A stretch of DNA of 64,000 nt from a virus: the IMG/VR virus record IMGVR_UViG_3300030380_005901, positions 64,001 through 128,000 of that record, one strand, 5' to 3'. The translations under genes were made by a program, and so were the position numbers. Shown piece by piece: positions 1 to 9,587 of this stretch. How positions within the stretch are numbered: position 1 is the stretch's first letter; every line of letters starts with the position of its first letter. The notes beneath the pieces were generated by a model, which searched no databases, was not told the origin of the DNA, and saw only the letters and a program-made list of their open reading frames with translations.

Positions 1-778
1 CTCTCACTTTTCCTTTAATGATAATTTCTTCGTCTACAGGTTTCCAATCGGTAATAAGGTTGGAGTTATATGGTTTACCATCTTTAGGTATTGCAATAGT
101 AATATGTGGGATTTTATTATTAGTATGATAACCGTCTACTTTTACGGCAATTGCATCTTCTGAAACACCAATCTCTTTAACTGTTAATTGTACTGTCTTA
201 CCTATATCATCTCTTAAGTGTTGTGGTACTGGTTGTTTAAAACCCATAGTCATATGGTGAGCAATCTTTTTCCAATTTAATGGTATATCCACATAATTAT
301 CAACAAACATAATTAAGTTATCTTGATCATCATCGTCTAACACAACCGCAGAATATAACAGATTACCTGTAGATTCATTTAATTCTTCTACCTCATCTTC
401 TTCAGTAGTATGACTTTTAGGCATAATACTTATATTCCATTTATTTAATACCTTTTCTAAAGCAATAGGTAATGCCATAGATACTGCACCTAACCCCATC
501 AATGCCACTATACGAGCTAAATCTTTAGATTGGGATTTAAGAAATTTTTTATCTTCTTCAGTTACATCTTTTTTATTAATAATTTTTGCTAGTATCTTTG
601 CTGCTTCAGTAGTTTCTTTACCTTCTCTTCTTGCACCATTAACAAATTCAGCCCAAGATTTTCTTAAATCTTCTAACTTGCCCTCAAATAAAAATTTAGG
701 TTGCTTACTTTCTTTGATTGATTTAATTTTTTTCTTAATCAATCTTTTTCCTGATTTAATAATGTGCTTCTTCTTCAT
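1..778 (-). CDS. 2H phosphoesterase-domain protein with N-terminal basic/hydrophobic extension (3' end runs off window)
   Basis: Translated by hand from ATG at 778 (not in ORF track): MKKKHIIKS...IVALMGLGAVSMALPIAL...LYSAVVLDD...AHHMTMGF...PHITIAIP...; two HxT motifs. Confidence 0.7.
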   Translation of the reverse strand, partial: MKKKHIIKSGKRLIKKKIKSIKESKQPKFLFEGKLEDLRKSWAEFVNGARREGKETTEAAKILAKIINKKDVTEEDKKFLKSQSKDLARIVALMGLGAVSMALPIALEKVLNKWNISIMPKSHTTEEDEVEELNESTGNLLYSAVVLDDDDQDNLIMFVDNYVDIPLNWKKIAHHMTMGFKQPVPQHLRDDIGKTVQLTVKEIGVSEDAIAVKVDGYHTNNKIPHITIAIPKDGKPYNSNLITDWKPVDEEIIIKGKVR

Positions 779-819
779 ATACGAATAAATATCTTAATAC
801 AATAAAAAAGATATTAAAT

Positions 820-2367
820 TTATTCCACAATAGTTTTCTCTACATCACCGTTGTCCCACATTATTATTACAAAACCTTTAGTATTTTCATCTACTTCTTG
901 TCCCATCTGATTATATATTTTAACTATCTCTTTTCTTTCTCCCTTAATTGTTACTGCAATGGGTGAAAATGTTTCATACATACCATCATAATCTGTTTGA
1001 GTTAATCTATAATAATTATGTCCAATTATAGGTCTTTCATCATATGTAGTGTAAGACATTAATTGATTGGAGTTTCCAGCACCTAATACAGTAGATATAG
1101 TTTCCCAATTATAACCATTATAAGATTTTTCTATGGTATAATAATCATTATTTAACTGAGAAGCTACAACCCAGTCTAGTTTAATGTTAGTTCCATCATA
1201 CTCACCAGTAAAACTTACTAATTCAATTGGTAGTGCGCTACCTTGTTCCCTTACTAGAATATTATCTATAGTTAATCCATAATCATAATGTGCAATATAT
1301 TCAAATCTTAAACTATAACTATTACCTGCAGTTACTGATTTAGTCTGAGAATAAGTACAATCATCACAATCTGTTGTTGTATTTATTAATGTGTGTTCTA
1401 TCGAAGAAGATGTCTCATTATATAAAATTGCTTTAAAACTATCATCTCCATCGTAATCTTCGTACCCATAATTAAAACTTATTTCTACTTCATCTTTCGT
1501 TGGTGAAATATTTTTAATTATTAAATCATTGTCTTGTACACAACTTGAACTACCATAATCTATTCTTGCTCTATTACCTGAACATCCACTACAACTAGAT
1601 CCTGTAGCGTCTGAAGTACTTATTACCCACGTATCTGAAGTAGTACAATTAGAACTATTATCTATCTGATATGGATTACCGGAAGATGAAGTTGTTATTG
1701 CATTTCCATCTACTAAACTACTAAAGTCTTGACTTGCTATAGTAATTAAACCAGCACCACCACCAGATGATGCAGTTACTACTACCTCATCAATTGAGTT
1801 ATCACATTGCCAAACATCTCCACTTGCCGCAGTAGTACTTTCAAACGCTAATTGTACATAAGAATATCCTACGTAACTATCTAAATCAACTGTTGCTTGT
1901 TGCCAACCATTATGTGATGTTGTAACAGTCCAAGGATAGTGCATTGTACCTCCTGATGATGAATTTCCTTTATATATTTTAAGTCTTAATGTACCCGGAC
2001 CATATCCAGAAGAGGCATAAATATGATAATAAAATGTAACACTTGCAGTTGTTTTATTAGTCAAATCATAAGTACAATATATTCTAGCCGTTTCACTATT
2101 TGTTCTAGGACTCGATGTTTCTGTAAAAACATATCCTGTGGTGCTATTTGCACCATTTGAGGATTGAGGTCCTGTACCTGCTGATGGTGTTCCTGATGAT
2201 GTTCTTGTCCAATCAAAATCATCTGTTCCAGATTGTGCCCAATCTCCAAAATCTGATGCGAATGTCGATGTATGTGGGTATGATGTTATTTGTGTTATTG
2301 CATGTGTTGAGAATATCATCATAACTAATGTTACGATAATATATTTTATATATTTATACTTTTCCAT
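820..2367 (-). CDS. Secreted MAM-domain protein with Bacteroidota T9SS type A-like C-terminal sorting region
   Basis: Signal peptide; MAM signature DFGDWAQSGTDDFDWTRTSSGTPSAGTGP...GYVFTETS; LPIELVSFTG...YYRLTQTDYDG Ig-like module; C-terminal KIYNQMGQEV. Confidence 0.75.
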   Translation of the reverse strand: MEKYKYIKYIIVTLVMMIFSTHAITQITSYPHTSTFASDFGDWAQSGTDDFDWTRTSSGTPSAGTGPQSSNGANSTTGYVFTETSSPRTNSETARIYCTYDLTNKTTASVTFYYHIYASSGYGPGTLRLKIYKGNSSSGGTMHYPWTVTTSHNGWQQATVDLDSYVGYSYVQLAFESTTAASGDVWQCDNSIDEVVVTASSGGGAGLITIASQDFSSLVDGNAITTSSSGNPYQIDNSSNCTTSDTWVISTSDATGSSCSGCSGNRARIDYGSSSCVQDNDLIIKNISPTKDEVEISFNYGYEDYDGDDSFKAILYNETSSSIEHTLINTTTDCDDCTYSQTKSVTAGNSYSLRFEYIAHYDYGLTIDNILVREQGSALPIELVSFTGEYDGTNIKLDWVVASQLNNDYYTIEKSYNGYNWETISTVLGAGNSNQLMSYTTYDERPIIGHNYYRLTQTDYDGMYETFSPIAVTIKGERKEIVKIYNQMGQEVDENTKGFVIIMWDNGDVEKTIVE

Positions 2368-2497
2368 AATACTTTTTTTTTAATATCTATGCGAAATAGA
2401 TACCTTCTATTTAATAAATATAGGTAAAAGTTATCAAAATGTAAATAAACGGTATAATTATGGGATTAAATGAGCGTTTTGGTGGATAGAATTACAA

Positions 2498-3661
2498 TTA
2501 ATCGGTTCTAATTATGAGATAAAGGACTCCATTCATATTTATTTCATCGTAGTTGCCATCATAACTAGCTAAGGCTTCATAACCTTCATCATCTTTAATT
2601 GATTCTCTGAGACTATCTTCATCCAACCAGAAAAAACTATCTATAGCACTTTCTCTATCAAAACCTAGATTATCAACAAAATAACTAACACCATCACTTC
2701 TAATTTCATCCACAGTATTTTGGGTATAATTTTCTCTTAACTCATCTTTGGCTTGTTCTACAAATTCTCCTTGATAAATTTCTTGTAGGTTTTCCATCTC
2801 AGTTTCTAAGTCATCTAACTCACTTTGTAAATCATTAATCTCTTCTTGTTTCAAATCTATCTCCTCTTCTAATCTATTGTACTCATCTTCATCTTCTTCA
2901 TAATCCAAGTCCTCTTGTTCTGATTCTAACTCCTCTTTTTCCGACTCTAAGTCATTCATACGTTCTTCGATATCATCTTTTTCACTGTCTTTTTCTTCCC
3001 ATTGCTCTTTGGCATCATCCATATCATCATAACCAGCTTCTTCTAATATCTCTTCATCTGTCATATCACTTAATCTATTATCCGCCTCTTCTTCCGCAAA
3101 TTGTTCAATGGCGGAATCGTTTGGTTCTAAATGATTTTCCAAATACCAATCTTCCATATATTCAACACCATCATCTATTCTACTTTGTGCGTAATCATTC
3201 ATTGCGTCATCCATCTCATCTTCATCACCTATTGCATATGTTCCACCATCATCTTCGTTTTCATACTGATCTAAACCATAGTGACTATAACCACCCTCTT
3301 CCATTAAAAATGGTGGTAAGTCAAAATATTCTGCTAGTGCTAATTGTTTGTCATCAAATTCAGAGTTAATCTTTTCCATATCTAAATCAACCTTTTCTAA
3401 ATCATCGTAGGTTTCTCCCTCATCCTCATCCACAAGTTGTTCCATATAAAGATATGTTAATCTCATTTTAAGTTCCATATCCTCAATATATAATGTATCA
3501 GTTAAGAACCTCCAAATCTCTGCACCATCAGACCAATCCACATCTTTATCTGCCATTAATTGGAGAAATCTCTTATCTATTGGAGTAAGAGTAATTAATG
3601 TAGGTTCTTGCGTTTCCTTTTGTTCTTCTTCTACTTGTTCGTATAGTTTAAATAATTTCAT
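2498..3661 (-). CDS. Very acidic protein with coiled-coil insert; paralog of 3663..4769
   Basis: 387 aa ORF; shares LPP, YxxGxEDE and YDx6-7YxIIxxD blocks with next ORF. Confidence 0.75.
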   Translation of the reverse strand: MKLFKLYEQVEEEQKETQEPTLITLTPIDKRFLQLMADKDVDWSDGAEIWRFLTDTLYIEDMELKMRLTYLYMEQLVDEDEGETYDDLEKVDLDMEKINSEFDDKQLALAEYFDLPPFLMEEGGYSHYGLDQYENEDDGGTYAIGDEDEMDDAMNDYAQSRIDDGVEYMEDWYLENHLEPNDSAIEQFAEEEADNRLSDMTDEEILEEAGYDDMDDAKEQWEEKDSEKDDIEERMNDLESEKEELESEQEDLDYEEDEDEYNRLEEEIDLKQEEINDLQSELDDLETEMENLQEIYQGEFVEQAKDELRENYTQNTVDEIRSDGVSYFVDNLGFDRESAIDSFFWLDEDSLRESIKDDEGYEALASYDGNYDEINMNGVLYLIIRTD

Positions 3662-3662
3662 C

Positions 3663-4769
3663 TTAATAATCTATCTGTATTATATAATAAGTATCACCAT
3701 CTATCGTTTCCGTATCATAATAGTCGTCTATGTTACTTAGTTCACCTGCCCTATCGAGCTCAGTCTGATCTTCAATAAACCCTTCTCTATCGAAATTTAA
3801 CCACTTTGGTAGTTTACTAACATCTACTTCCTTCCACTTATTTAAATAGGGTTCAGTGAATTCATAATTACCCCACTTTTGATCTTGTGTTATATAACCA
3901 TGATCAATTAACCAATCACCAATGTAGTTAGCCATTTTATTGTATTCATCATTATATATTAATTCTCTTAATCTTTCCCTTAGAGAATCCTCTATTTGGT
4001 CCATTTCTATTTTTTTAGGGATACCACTATTCATTGGATCATCTACATTCTGTGCTAACTGATAAAATCTTTTAATTAGTTTTATAACTTCATCGCTATT
4101 ATCATAATCCTTTATCATACTAATTATTTTAACAATACCATTATCTGATTCTATAGATTCTGCATATTCACCTGCAATAATTCTTTTATCTGCATCATCT
4201 ATATATAAATAACTTATTAATCCATTCACTGTACCTTCGAATTGGGCTGCCTCCTGAAAGTTATAGTATCTATCTTGTAATGAATCATTTATTGCTCTCA
4301 ATGTTTCATCTTCAGTACCTACTTCATAATGATTATCATTTACTATATCATAAAAAACTGACATGTCTCTATCCCAAGTTTCTTTCATATCTATAACCAG
4401 TATAGGTGGTAGATTTAAATTATTTGCAACTGCCTGATGGTGGTAATTAGGACCGGGTATTATATTTTCTCCTTGTGTTGTTAGTTTATTATACTCTCCG
4501 TCTTCTTGAAAGTTATTTATAAATAATTTTATATAATACTCTATTTGTTTTGGATCATCAAACCCCATTATATTTTTTAAAAAATCATATATACGGAGTA
4601 AAAAAATTTCATCTAAATTTCTTAATTCTTCTATTATATCATAATTTAATTTAGGATCATCAGCATGTTCTTCCCATACCTTATCATGAATAATGGTTAA
4701 TATTTTTTTGTCTACCTTACTTAATTCAGTATTTTCAGATTCAATTATATAGTCTCTTAATTTATACAA
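3663..4769 (-). CDS. Acidic hypothetical protein; paralog of 2498..3661
   Basis: 368 aa ORF, TTG start, late-type TATTTATA motif upstream. Confidence 0.75.
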   Translation of the reverse strand: MYKLRDYIIESENTELSKVDKKILTIIHDKVWEEHADDPKLNYDIIEELRNLDEIFLLRIYDFLKNIMGFDDPKQIEYYIKLFINNFQEDGEYNKLTTQGENIIPGPNYHHQAVANNLNLPPILVIDMKETWDRDMSVFYDIVNDNHYEVGTEDETLRAINDSLQDRYYNFQEAAQFEGTVNGLISYLYIDDADKRIIAGEYAESIESDNGIVKIISMIKDYDNSDEVIKLIKRFYQLAQNVDDPMNSGIPKKIEMDQIEDSLRERLRELIYNDEYNKMANYIGDWLIDHGYITQDQKWGNYEFTEPYLNKWKEVDVSKLPKWLNFDREGFIEDQTELDRAGELSNIDDYYDTETIDGDTYYIIQIDY

Positions 4770-4801
4770 AATATTTTTTTATATAAATATATAAAAATTT
4801 A

Positions 4802-5053
4802 CTATAAAGATACGTTTAATGTCGCTTTTATTGAATTTTCTTCAGATTGTTCATTTACTACTAACCATATAGCTTGATGATTACCAACATAATGTATAAT
4901 ATCGGAAACTATATATATGATATTTTCGTCAAAATAAATCTTTTCTCCAACGACAGGAATTTTTTTTATTTTAATATTATCTTTAATTACATTGAATTCT
5001 TTATCTACTACTTTAACTACTAAAGATTTCTTAAATATATTAAAAATTTTCAT
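4802..5053 (-). CDS. Hypothetical protein
   Basis: Likely start MKIFNIF at 5053, downstream of a TATATTTG box at 5073-5080. Confidence 0.55.
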   Translation of the reverse strand: MKIFNIFKKSLVVKVVDKEFNVIKDNIKIKKIPVVGEKIYFDENIIYIVSDIIHYVGNHQAIWLVVNEQSEENSIKATLNVSL

Positions 5054-5119
5054 ATTTTTGTTGATATTTATACAAATATACTTTATTATTACCAAAAAAG
5101 AAATATAATTGTAAAGAAG

Positions 5120-5311
5120 ATGTTAAAAGTAAACGTAAAAAAAGGAAATATAGAGAGGGCACTTAAAGAAATGAAAAGTAAATTCATTAAAACTAAGGTT
5201 GCTAGAGAATGTAGAAAGAGAGAAGAGTTTACTAAACCATCTGTAATAAGAAGAGCAGAAATAGGTAAAGCACAGTATGTACAAAAGAAAAGAACTGAAG
5301 AAGATATCTAA
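5120..5311 (+). CDS. rpsU: Ribosomal protein bS21
   Basis: MLKVNVKKGNIERALKEMKSKF...ECRKREEFTKPSVIRR is the bS21 signature; 63 aa, basic. Confidence 0.92.
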   Translation: MLKVNVKKGNIERALKEMKSKFIKTKVARECRKREEFTKPSVIRRAEIGKAQYVQKKRTEEDI

Positions 5312-5816
5312 TGTATTAGATAAAGAAATTGTAAATTTAATCAACGAACAGATCTGGTTAGAAAATAACGCATCATTCTATTATTTATACTTATCCACAC
5401 AATTTAGTATTAACGGGTATTCTGGTATATCTAAATTCTTTTTAGATCAATCTGATGAAGAAAGAGAACATATGTTAAAATTAGTTGAGTATTTATTAGA
5501 TGAAGATGTTACACCACAAATACCTAACTATAATTACTTAGAAGATTTAGATGAAAAATTTAATATATTAAGTCATTTTGAAAATTCTTTAATGAATGAG
5601 AAGCGAGTGAGTAGCTCTATTAATGATATAGTATCTAAGTGTAAAGAAAAAGGAGATATTAAAACTGAAAACTTTATGCAATGGTTTGTTATCGAGCAAA
5701 GAGAAGAAGAAAATAAATTTAAGTCTATTATTGATGATATTAAAATAATTGGAGATAGTGGTAGTGGTTTATATGAACTTAATAAAGAATTAGGTTCACT
5801 TACTGAAGAAGAGTAA
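5277..5816 (+). CDS. ftnA: Non-heme ferritin
   Basis: LINEQIWLE..ASFYYL, QSDEEREHMLKL, FMQWFVIEQREEE ferroxidase motifs. Confidence 0.9.
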   Translation: MYKRKELKKISNVLDKEIVNLINEQIWLENNASFYYLYLSTQFSINGYSGISKFFLDQSDEEREHMLKLVEYLLDEDVTPQIPNYNYLEDLDEKFNILSHFENSLMNEKRVSSSINDIVSKCKEKGDIKTENFMQWFVIEQREEENKFKSIIDDIKIIGDSGSGLYELNKELGSLTEEE

Positions 5817-6014
5817 TTATTCTATTATAACGTATATCCAAACGACACCGTAAGAAATTACAAATTTAATTTCCCCAAAAAATCCCCTTTTGTTAGATAT
5901 ATCTCTATATTTATCGTAGTACATATCAAAGTTATCTTCAAATTCTTTGACTGTATGTTTCCCTAAGAACAATAAACTACTCTCATTTCCATATTCATCA
6001 CTATATATAGGCAT
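5817..6014 (-). CDS. Hypothetical protein
   Basis: 65 aa ORF filling the gap, with TATTTATA motif upstream. Confidence 0.5.
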   Translation of the reverse strand: MPIYSDEYGNESSLLFLGKHTVKEFEDNFDMYYDKYRDISNKRGFFGEIKFVISYGVVWIYVIIE

Positions 6015-6104
6015 ATTTATCTTTTACTATAAATATCTGAAAATAATAATATGTTCTACTAGATTTGTTTAAACTTTAGAAAAAAAAGTTAAACATTTAA
6101 TTTA

Positions 6105-8222
6105 CTATTCACTAAATAAATCGTTATCCAAAGGATATTCAACACGAGGATTTCTTATAAAAGTAGTATTAACTGTGTAGTCCACTGGTTGAGGGGTTAT
6201 CGTTCTACTAACCCATTCTCTAATGTGTCTTGTTTCCCCATCTCTATTTGTAGTATCTATACCTTCAGGTCTTGTTGGTCTATCGGTAAATATATCATCT
6301 CCGAAGTCAAATTGGAAGTCATCGTTGTATTCTCCCTCATCTTCAACCGCATCCTCAAGAGGAGGATTACCAAACACATCACCTAAGTCATCTAACCCAA
6401 ACACTTCTTCATTGTTATCTGTAGTATCATCAGATGTAGTTGCTAATAAACCGGTGTGTAAAGTTAGTAAATCACTATGTAGTTTTTTTCTATTAATATA
6501 TTTACTCTCTAACAATTCTATACTAATGTAATTTATCAACATATCTGCAATTATTCTGTGAAACCTACTAGGTTTTCTATTACAAGATGATAACAACTGT
6601 CTTTCTTTAATATCTATTGAATCTTTATTATCTAAATGTAACTCTAAAGCTGAGGTACTACCTTTAGTCATAATGATAAATATTCTTACTAAACCACTTT
6701 CTATTTTTTCTTTATAACCCTGACTCTGATTGTTAATACAATTTTTAAGTTTGTTTCCTGCCCATTGCATTTCTGTCTCACTAAGTATTTCTTTTATAGT
6801 AATACCTGAAGGTAAAGATAACTTATTAGAGTCTATAAGGGGTTGAGTTAGTGGTTTAGACATCATTTCTTTATATACATTAATGTCTTTTGAAATACTT
6901 TCATAAGTAGGTTTAATATTTTTATTATTCTTTTTTAACGAATCTACAATAATATATCTTAACCATTCGCCTTCTTTATTTTGTATTCTTTTAATGTCTT
7001 TGAATAACACTAATGACTCTTGTAAATTTAATCCGTATTTTTGTATTGCAAATATAAAATCTATTTCTCTTTTACAGTACTCATCTAATTCTTTTATTTG
7101 TGTTACACTAAAATCACAATTAGCGAACTCTAAGTTTATCATTATAATCTTTTGAAGATACTTTGAATTATTAATAATTAAATCACATTTTTTATGTAAC
7201 GATTTTTTTATCTTACCACTTACATAGTGGTACGCATTAATAAATGCAATGGGAGAACTATACCCCAAATAAGCTTTATCCATTATTTTCATGTTAGGTT
7301 CAGTATACTTTACTGGATGCAGTGCCCAAAGTCTATCATTATATTCTGACCATTTACTTAAGTCTCCTTCAGGAATACTAACTTCAGGATTTAACCAATT
7401 AGAAATATGTTTACTATCTTGTGACTTTTTAGTACCATTAATTTCTTCATGTCGTTTAAACCACATTTCTTTTTTATCATCAAAAAATTTTACCATTTTA
7501 AAATATGGTTTTATTTTAGAAAAATATTCCATAAACATATCTTTATATTTATGACTGAAATAAAACCCCCATTGTCTTGGCATCAATCTCCACCTAATAG
7601 AATGTATTAAGGGTTGTGAAAGTATTTCCATACACTTATCTACATCACAATAACAGTTTAATTCTTTTATCTTTTTAAATAATCTGATAGCGGTATGTCC
7701 CGGAGTATACATAGCAGAAATATCTAACTGATTTGTCCTATAAAACTCTGCGAACTGAGGTGTATAATAAAGATTTCCTGTTGATAAATCAATACCTATC
7801 TGACAACAATTGAAATCAAACCCATTTAAGATATACATATAATCTCTATTATTTTGTAAATCAATTATTTGAGATATGACTATTGTATTTAATAACCCAT
7901 CCCTTAAAACTTCTAATATTCTGTAATTAGATGCGTCATCATAACCGATATCACCAGCATAATAACCTTCTTGTATAACTAATTCTTTTGTTCTTAATGG
8001 TGTATTACCCTGAATATTTTCATGGTCCGCCTCTACAAATATATCTAAATCGTTTATGGGGTAAAGGTTATCATCATGTACACCTTTACCATTCTTCATC
8101 CTCAATAGTGTATTTGCAACTGCACCACCAGCCAAAAATCCTCTGTCAGGAATTGTTACTAATTTATTTAGTTCTTTTAATATTTTTAATGCAATGTCTT
8201 TCTCTTCTAATAGGTTTTTCAT
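6105..8222 (-). CDS. Pol-beta-superfamily nucleotidyltransferase-like N-terminus fused to PcfJ-like C-terminal domain
   Basis: GFLAGGAVANTLL...NDLDIFV...FDFNCCQIG (CCA/polyA-polymerase head-like); EMQWAGNKLKNCI resembles PcfJ motif. Confidence 0.6.
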   Translation of the reverse strand: MKNLLEEKDIALKILKELNKLVTIPDRGFLAGGAVANTLLRMKNGKGVHDDNLYPINDLDIFVEADHENIQGNTPLRTKELVIQEGYYAGDIGYDDASNYRILEVLRDGLLNTIVISQIIDLQNNRDYMYILNGFDFNCCQIGIDLSTGNLYYTPQFAEFYRTNQLDISAMYTPGHTAIRLFKKIKELNCYCDVDKCMEILSQPLIHSIRWRLMPRQWGFYFSHKYKDMFMEYFSKIKPYFKMVKFFDDKKEMWFKRHEEINGTKKSQDSKHISNWLNPEVSIPEGDLSKWSEYNDRLWALHPVKYTEPNMKIMDKAYLGYSSPIAFINAYHYVSGKIKKSLHKKCDLIINNSKYLQKIIMINLEFANCDFSVTQIKELDEYCKREIDFIFAIQKYGLNLQESLVLFKDIKRIQNKEGEWLRYIIVDSLKKNNKNIKPTYESISKDINVYKEMMSKPLTQPLIDSNKLSLPSGITIKEILSETEMQWAGNKLKNCINNQSQGYKEKIESGLVRIFIIMTKGSTSALELHLDNKDSIDIKERQLLSSCNRKPSRFHRIIADMLINYISIELLESKYINRKKLHSDLLTLHTGLLATTSDDTTDNNEEVFGLDDLGDVFGNPPLEDAVEDEGEYNDDFQFDFGDDIFTDRPTRPEGIDTTNRDGETRHIREWVSRTITPQPVDYTVNTTFIRNPRVEYPLDNDLFSE

Positions 8223-8380
8223 TCTTCGTAATAGTTTACATATAAAAGATAGCTAGGAATAACTATCCCACAAATTATTAAAATATACCCAACCACGGGT
8301 AATATAGTTAAAACACCAATAAAGGTGGATATGGCAATAATACACCATAATATTATTTTTTGTATTTCTGATTTATTCAT
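8219..8380 (-). CDS. Small two-TM membrane protein
   Basis: Hand translation MNKSEIQKIILWCIIAISTFIGVLTILPVVGYILIICGIVIPSYLLYVNYYEE*; overlaps both neighbours. Confidence 0.6.
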   Translation of the reverse strand: MNKSEIQKIILWCIIAISTFIGVLTILPVVGYILIICGIVIPSYLLYVNYYEE

Positions 8381-9347
8381 AACTTTCTATTTGTAAAAGA
8401 TCGGATATATACATTTTAATATCTTCTGGATTAAAACCATCCTCATACATATCTATAACAGAATCTACTATTTTATCTGATACGATATCATAATCATTTT
8501 CAATATATTTAAACCAATTATCATATTCCTTAATGTCTTCTACTTCTTCTTCGTATTGAACAACATTTCTTTTATAATCATTAATACCTAAATGATGTAT
8601 TAATTTAATTCCCATATGTAAAGATTTCTTTACTTCATCAATTACAACATATTCAGTATCTCTATGTTGTTGGTAATAACCACAACCTAAGTTTATGCAG
8701 TTGAAGTCAAATTTTTGGGCTAACTGATTTACATCCGTAAAAGGATCATTACTAAATTTTGTATAACCACCTTCACTTAAAACTGTTTTTACATTATCCT
8801 TAAATTCATCATCAAAAATTTTAACACCACTACATACTTCAGTAATCCAATTGGCAGATGGTGCATCGAATTGTATTGCATACCCCACATTTTTGAAGAA
8901 TTCGTCACAAGCTTCTCTAGATCCTAACATACCAATCTCTTCTTCGACAAAAAACGCACCTTTTAAAATATCCATATGTAAGAAAAGTGATAAACACACA
9001 AACACACCACACTTATCATCTCCACCAATACCTGTTTGTTCATTAGTTAATGGATTATATGCAATTAAATCACCTTTAACATTCTCTACAATGTCTAACC
9101 TTCTTTTCTCGTTAATTAAATCTATATGTGATCTGTGTACGGTATCTATGTGTGAAACTACGCAAGGGTAGTATTCACCTAAAGTTACTCTATCCTTACC
9201 TTTAGTTAGATATACGTTACCTTTTTTATCTAACACATAATCAATTTGATTATCTATTGCAAATTCTACGATATAATCTCTCAACATACTTTCATTACCA
9301 GATATTGATGGTATTGATAGTACGTCTTTTAAAAATTTCTTATCCAT
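8373..9347 (-). CDS. M20/M28 family zinc peptidase
   Basis: SHIDTVH, GIGGDDKCG, EEEIG, QFD, C-terminal H; start set at MDKKF because the promoter overlaps the longer start. Confidence 0.85.
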   Translation of the reverse strand: MDKKFLKDVLSIPSISGNESMLRDYIVEFAIDNQIDYVLDKKGNVYLTKGKDRVTLGEYYPCVVSHIDTVHRSHIDLINEKRRLDIVENVKGDLIAYNPLTNEQTGIGGDDKCGVFVCLSLFLHMDILKGAFFVEEEIGMLGSREACDEFFKNVGYAIQFDAPSANWITEVCSGVKIFDDEFKDNVKTVLSEGGYTKFSNDPFTDVNQLAQKFDFNCINLGCGYYQQHRDTEYVVIDEVKKSLHMGIKLIHHLGINDYKRNVVQYEEEVEDIKEYDNWFKYIENDYDIVSDKIVDSVIDMYEDGFNPEDIKMYISDLLQIESYE

Positions 9348-9362
9348 AACAATTAATTTATA

Positions 9363-9394
9363 CAAATATAGGTATAATATATTAAAAAACCAAA
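9363..9394 (-). promoter_or_regulatory. Bacteroidota-type housekeeping promoter (-33 TTTG / -7 TAnnTTTG)
   Basis: Minus strand TTTG-N20-TATATTTG. Confidence 0.75.
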
Positions 9395-9494
9395 TTATTA
9401 TGTAACAAATTTATGACAAATTTTATTTACAATTAATGGTTTTGGGTGTATTTATTATTAAAGTTAATAAAAAAATTTAAAAAAAACAAATATT

Positions 9495-9587
9495 ATGGGA
9501 TGTGGATGTAAAAAAAGAAAACCAACACCAGCTAAACCAAAGCCAGCTAATACAACAACACCAACACCAAAACCAAAATCTAAGTAA
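9495..9587 (+). CDS. 30-aa MGCGC basic, Pro-rich peptide
   Basis: MGCGCKKRKPTPAKPKPANTTTPTPKPKSK*; TATTTATT motif upstream at ~9449. Confidence 0.6.
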   Translation: MGCGCKKRKPTPAKPKPANTTTPTPKPKSK

